A stretch of DNA of 64,000 nt, taken from Marsupella aquatica. Lineage: Eukaryota > Plantae > Marchantiophyta. Positions 63,263 to 64,000 of the stretch are shown piece by piece. The stretch lies in contig OZ316894.1 in assembly GCA_973895155.1 (NCBI GenBank), positions 11,525,892 to 11,589,891 on the forward strand. The letters are read 5' to 3'. How positions within the stretch are numbered: the stretch's first letter is position 1; each line of letters starts with the position of its first letter. The notes below the pieces were generated by a model. The model was not told the DNA's origin, searched no databases, and saw nothing but the letters and a program-made list of their open reading frames with translations. The position numbers and the translations under genes were made by a program.

Positions 63263-63293
63263 TCTCTCTCTCTCTCCCTCTCTCTCTCTCTCT
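63263..63293. repeat. (CT)n microsatellite
   Basis: Direct reading. Confidence 0.9.
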
Positions 63294-63664
63294 GCCCAGT
63301 CCTGAACTGCTGGAGGCGGGTACCCAGGAAGCTCGCACCTGCCTGCTTCGTTCTCTGTGGACACTGCCTGCCGCCAGCGCAATGCGCGCAGTCTCGACCG
63401 CAAAAGGTTGGGCGGTCGTTTTGGGGCCTCCGCGTCCACCACGTCGCTCACTTCGTGAGAGGATGACGCTTTTCCATAATCTTGGTCGTGGTGTGGCGTT
63501 CCAAATGGCTCCTGGTCGTGCTACTGATCTGAATACTGATGAGGCCATTAGTAATCCGTCAATCCCGCGGTGGAGCTTGTGCGGGCAATTCAATTGCGCT
63601 GTTCAACTTCGTGTCTCTCCACCTTTGGTGCCAGGCAGACGAAAGATTCAGTGGTCGAATGATC

Positions 63665-63960
63665 TCCCGGATGCGAAGAGAGGGTCAGCCAGAGCCGAAA
63701 AATTGGCAGCCGTGGTTTTCATGCGGGATGCAGGCGCTCGCAGCAGCAGCATAGGCATTCATCCGTCAGGAGGAGAACAGGTGCAAGCCAATTGGCTTTG
63801 TTTGTAGAGGGAAACAGCGACGATAACGGATGATTTGATTGACGTTCGTTGCATTGCATGATTTCAAGAGGACCCAGGATTCAAGCTCTGCAAACTTGGA
63901 ATTTGGAATCTGTTGTCGAATTCTTTCCCTGCAATTGAAGAGCAGTCGAAGGAATAGTTC
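63665..63960 (-). repeat. Diverged inverted copy of 34190-34445 (proximal GLYK 5' leader)
   Basis: The reverse complement shares CAGATTCCAAATTCCAA, GCAATGCAA..CGTCAATCAAA, GCTTGCACCTGTTC, TGCCTATGC and CGGCTCT.GCTGACCCTCTCT with 34190-34445. Confidence 0.85.
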
Positions 63961-64000
63961 GTGCTCCGCTAGCCAGCCAGGCAGCAATTCGACCTCCAGT

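Noticed and set aside
63220-63807. 195-aa plus-strand ORF
   Set aside because: GTG start, runs through a CT microsatellite and duplicated leader sequence, and has no recognisable motif. More likely 5'UTR or promoter DNA.
1-64000. tRNA, rRNA or other structured RNA genes
   Set aside because: None recognised by eye. The only tRNA-related sequences are primer-binding sites. A covariance-model scan would be needed to exclude them.

Overview
This is eukaryotic land-plant nuclear DNA with spliceosomal introns. A bryophyte such as a liverwort is my inference from gene style and is not proven. About half the window is nested transposons. 2.9-11.6 kb is a CACTA (En/Spm) element inserted into the RNase H of a Copia remnant. 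17-23 kb is a decayed LTR-like element. 35.6-39 kb is a MULE with long TIRs. 39.7-55.5 kb is a stack of LINE fragments, a solo LTR, a young full-length Copia, a PIF/Harbinger, Helitron pieces and a foldback element. Four host genes are readable: a serine acetyltransferase with an unusual C-terminal EF-hand pair (+, 24977-27992), a plastid D-glycerate 3-kinase (-, 30275-34146), a Sel1-repeat protein (+, ~55784-59077) and an N-terminal-only relative of the At3g28850/At5g39865 glutaredoxin-domain family (-, 61177-61965). The standout is the CACTA element. Its first coding exon (Cys/His motif) can splice in phase either to an intact SET-domain terminal exon nested in the transposase intron or to the transposase exons. 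It also has a divergently oriented TnpA-like gene and internal clusters of its terminal TTGCGA/TCGCAA motif. This looks like a transposon-encoded chromatin-modifying system, possibly for anti-silencing. All exon structures were read by eye and need RNA-seq confirmation.
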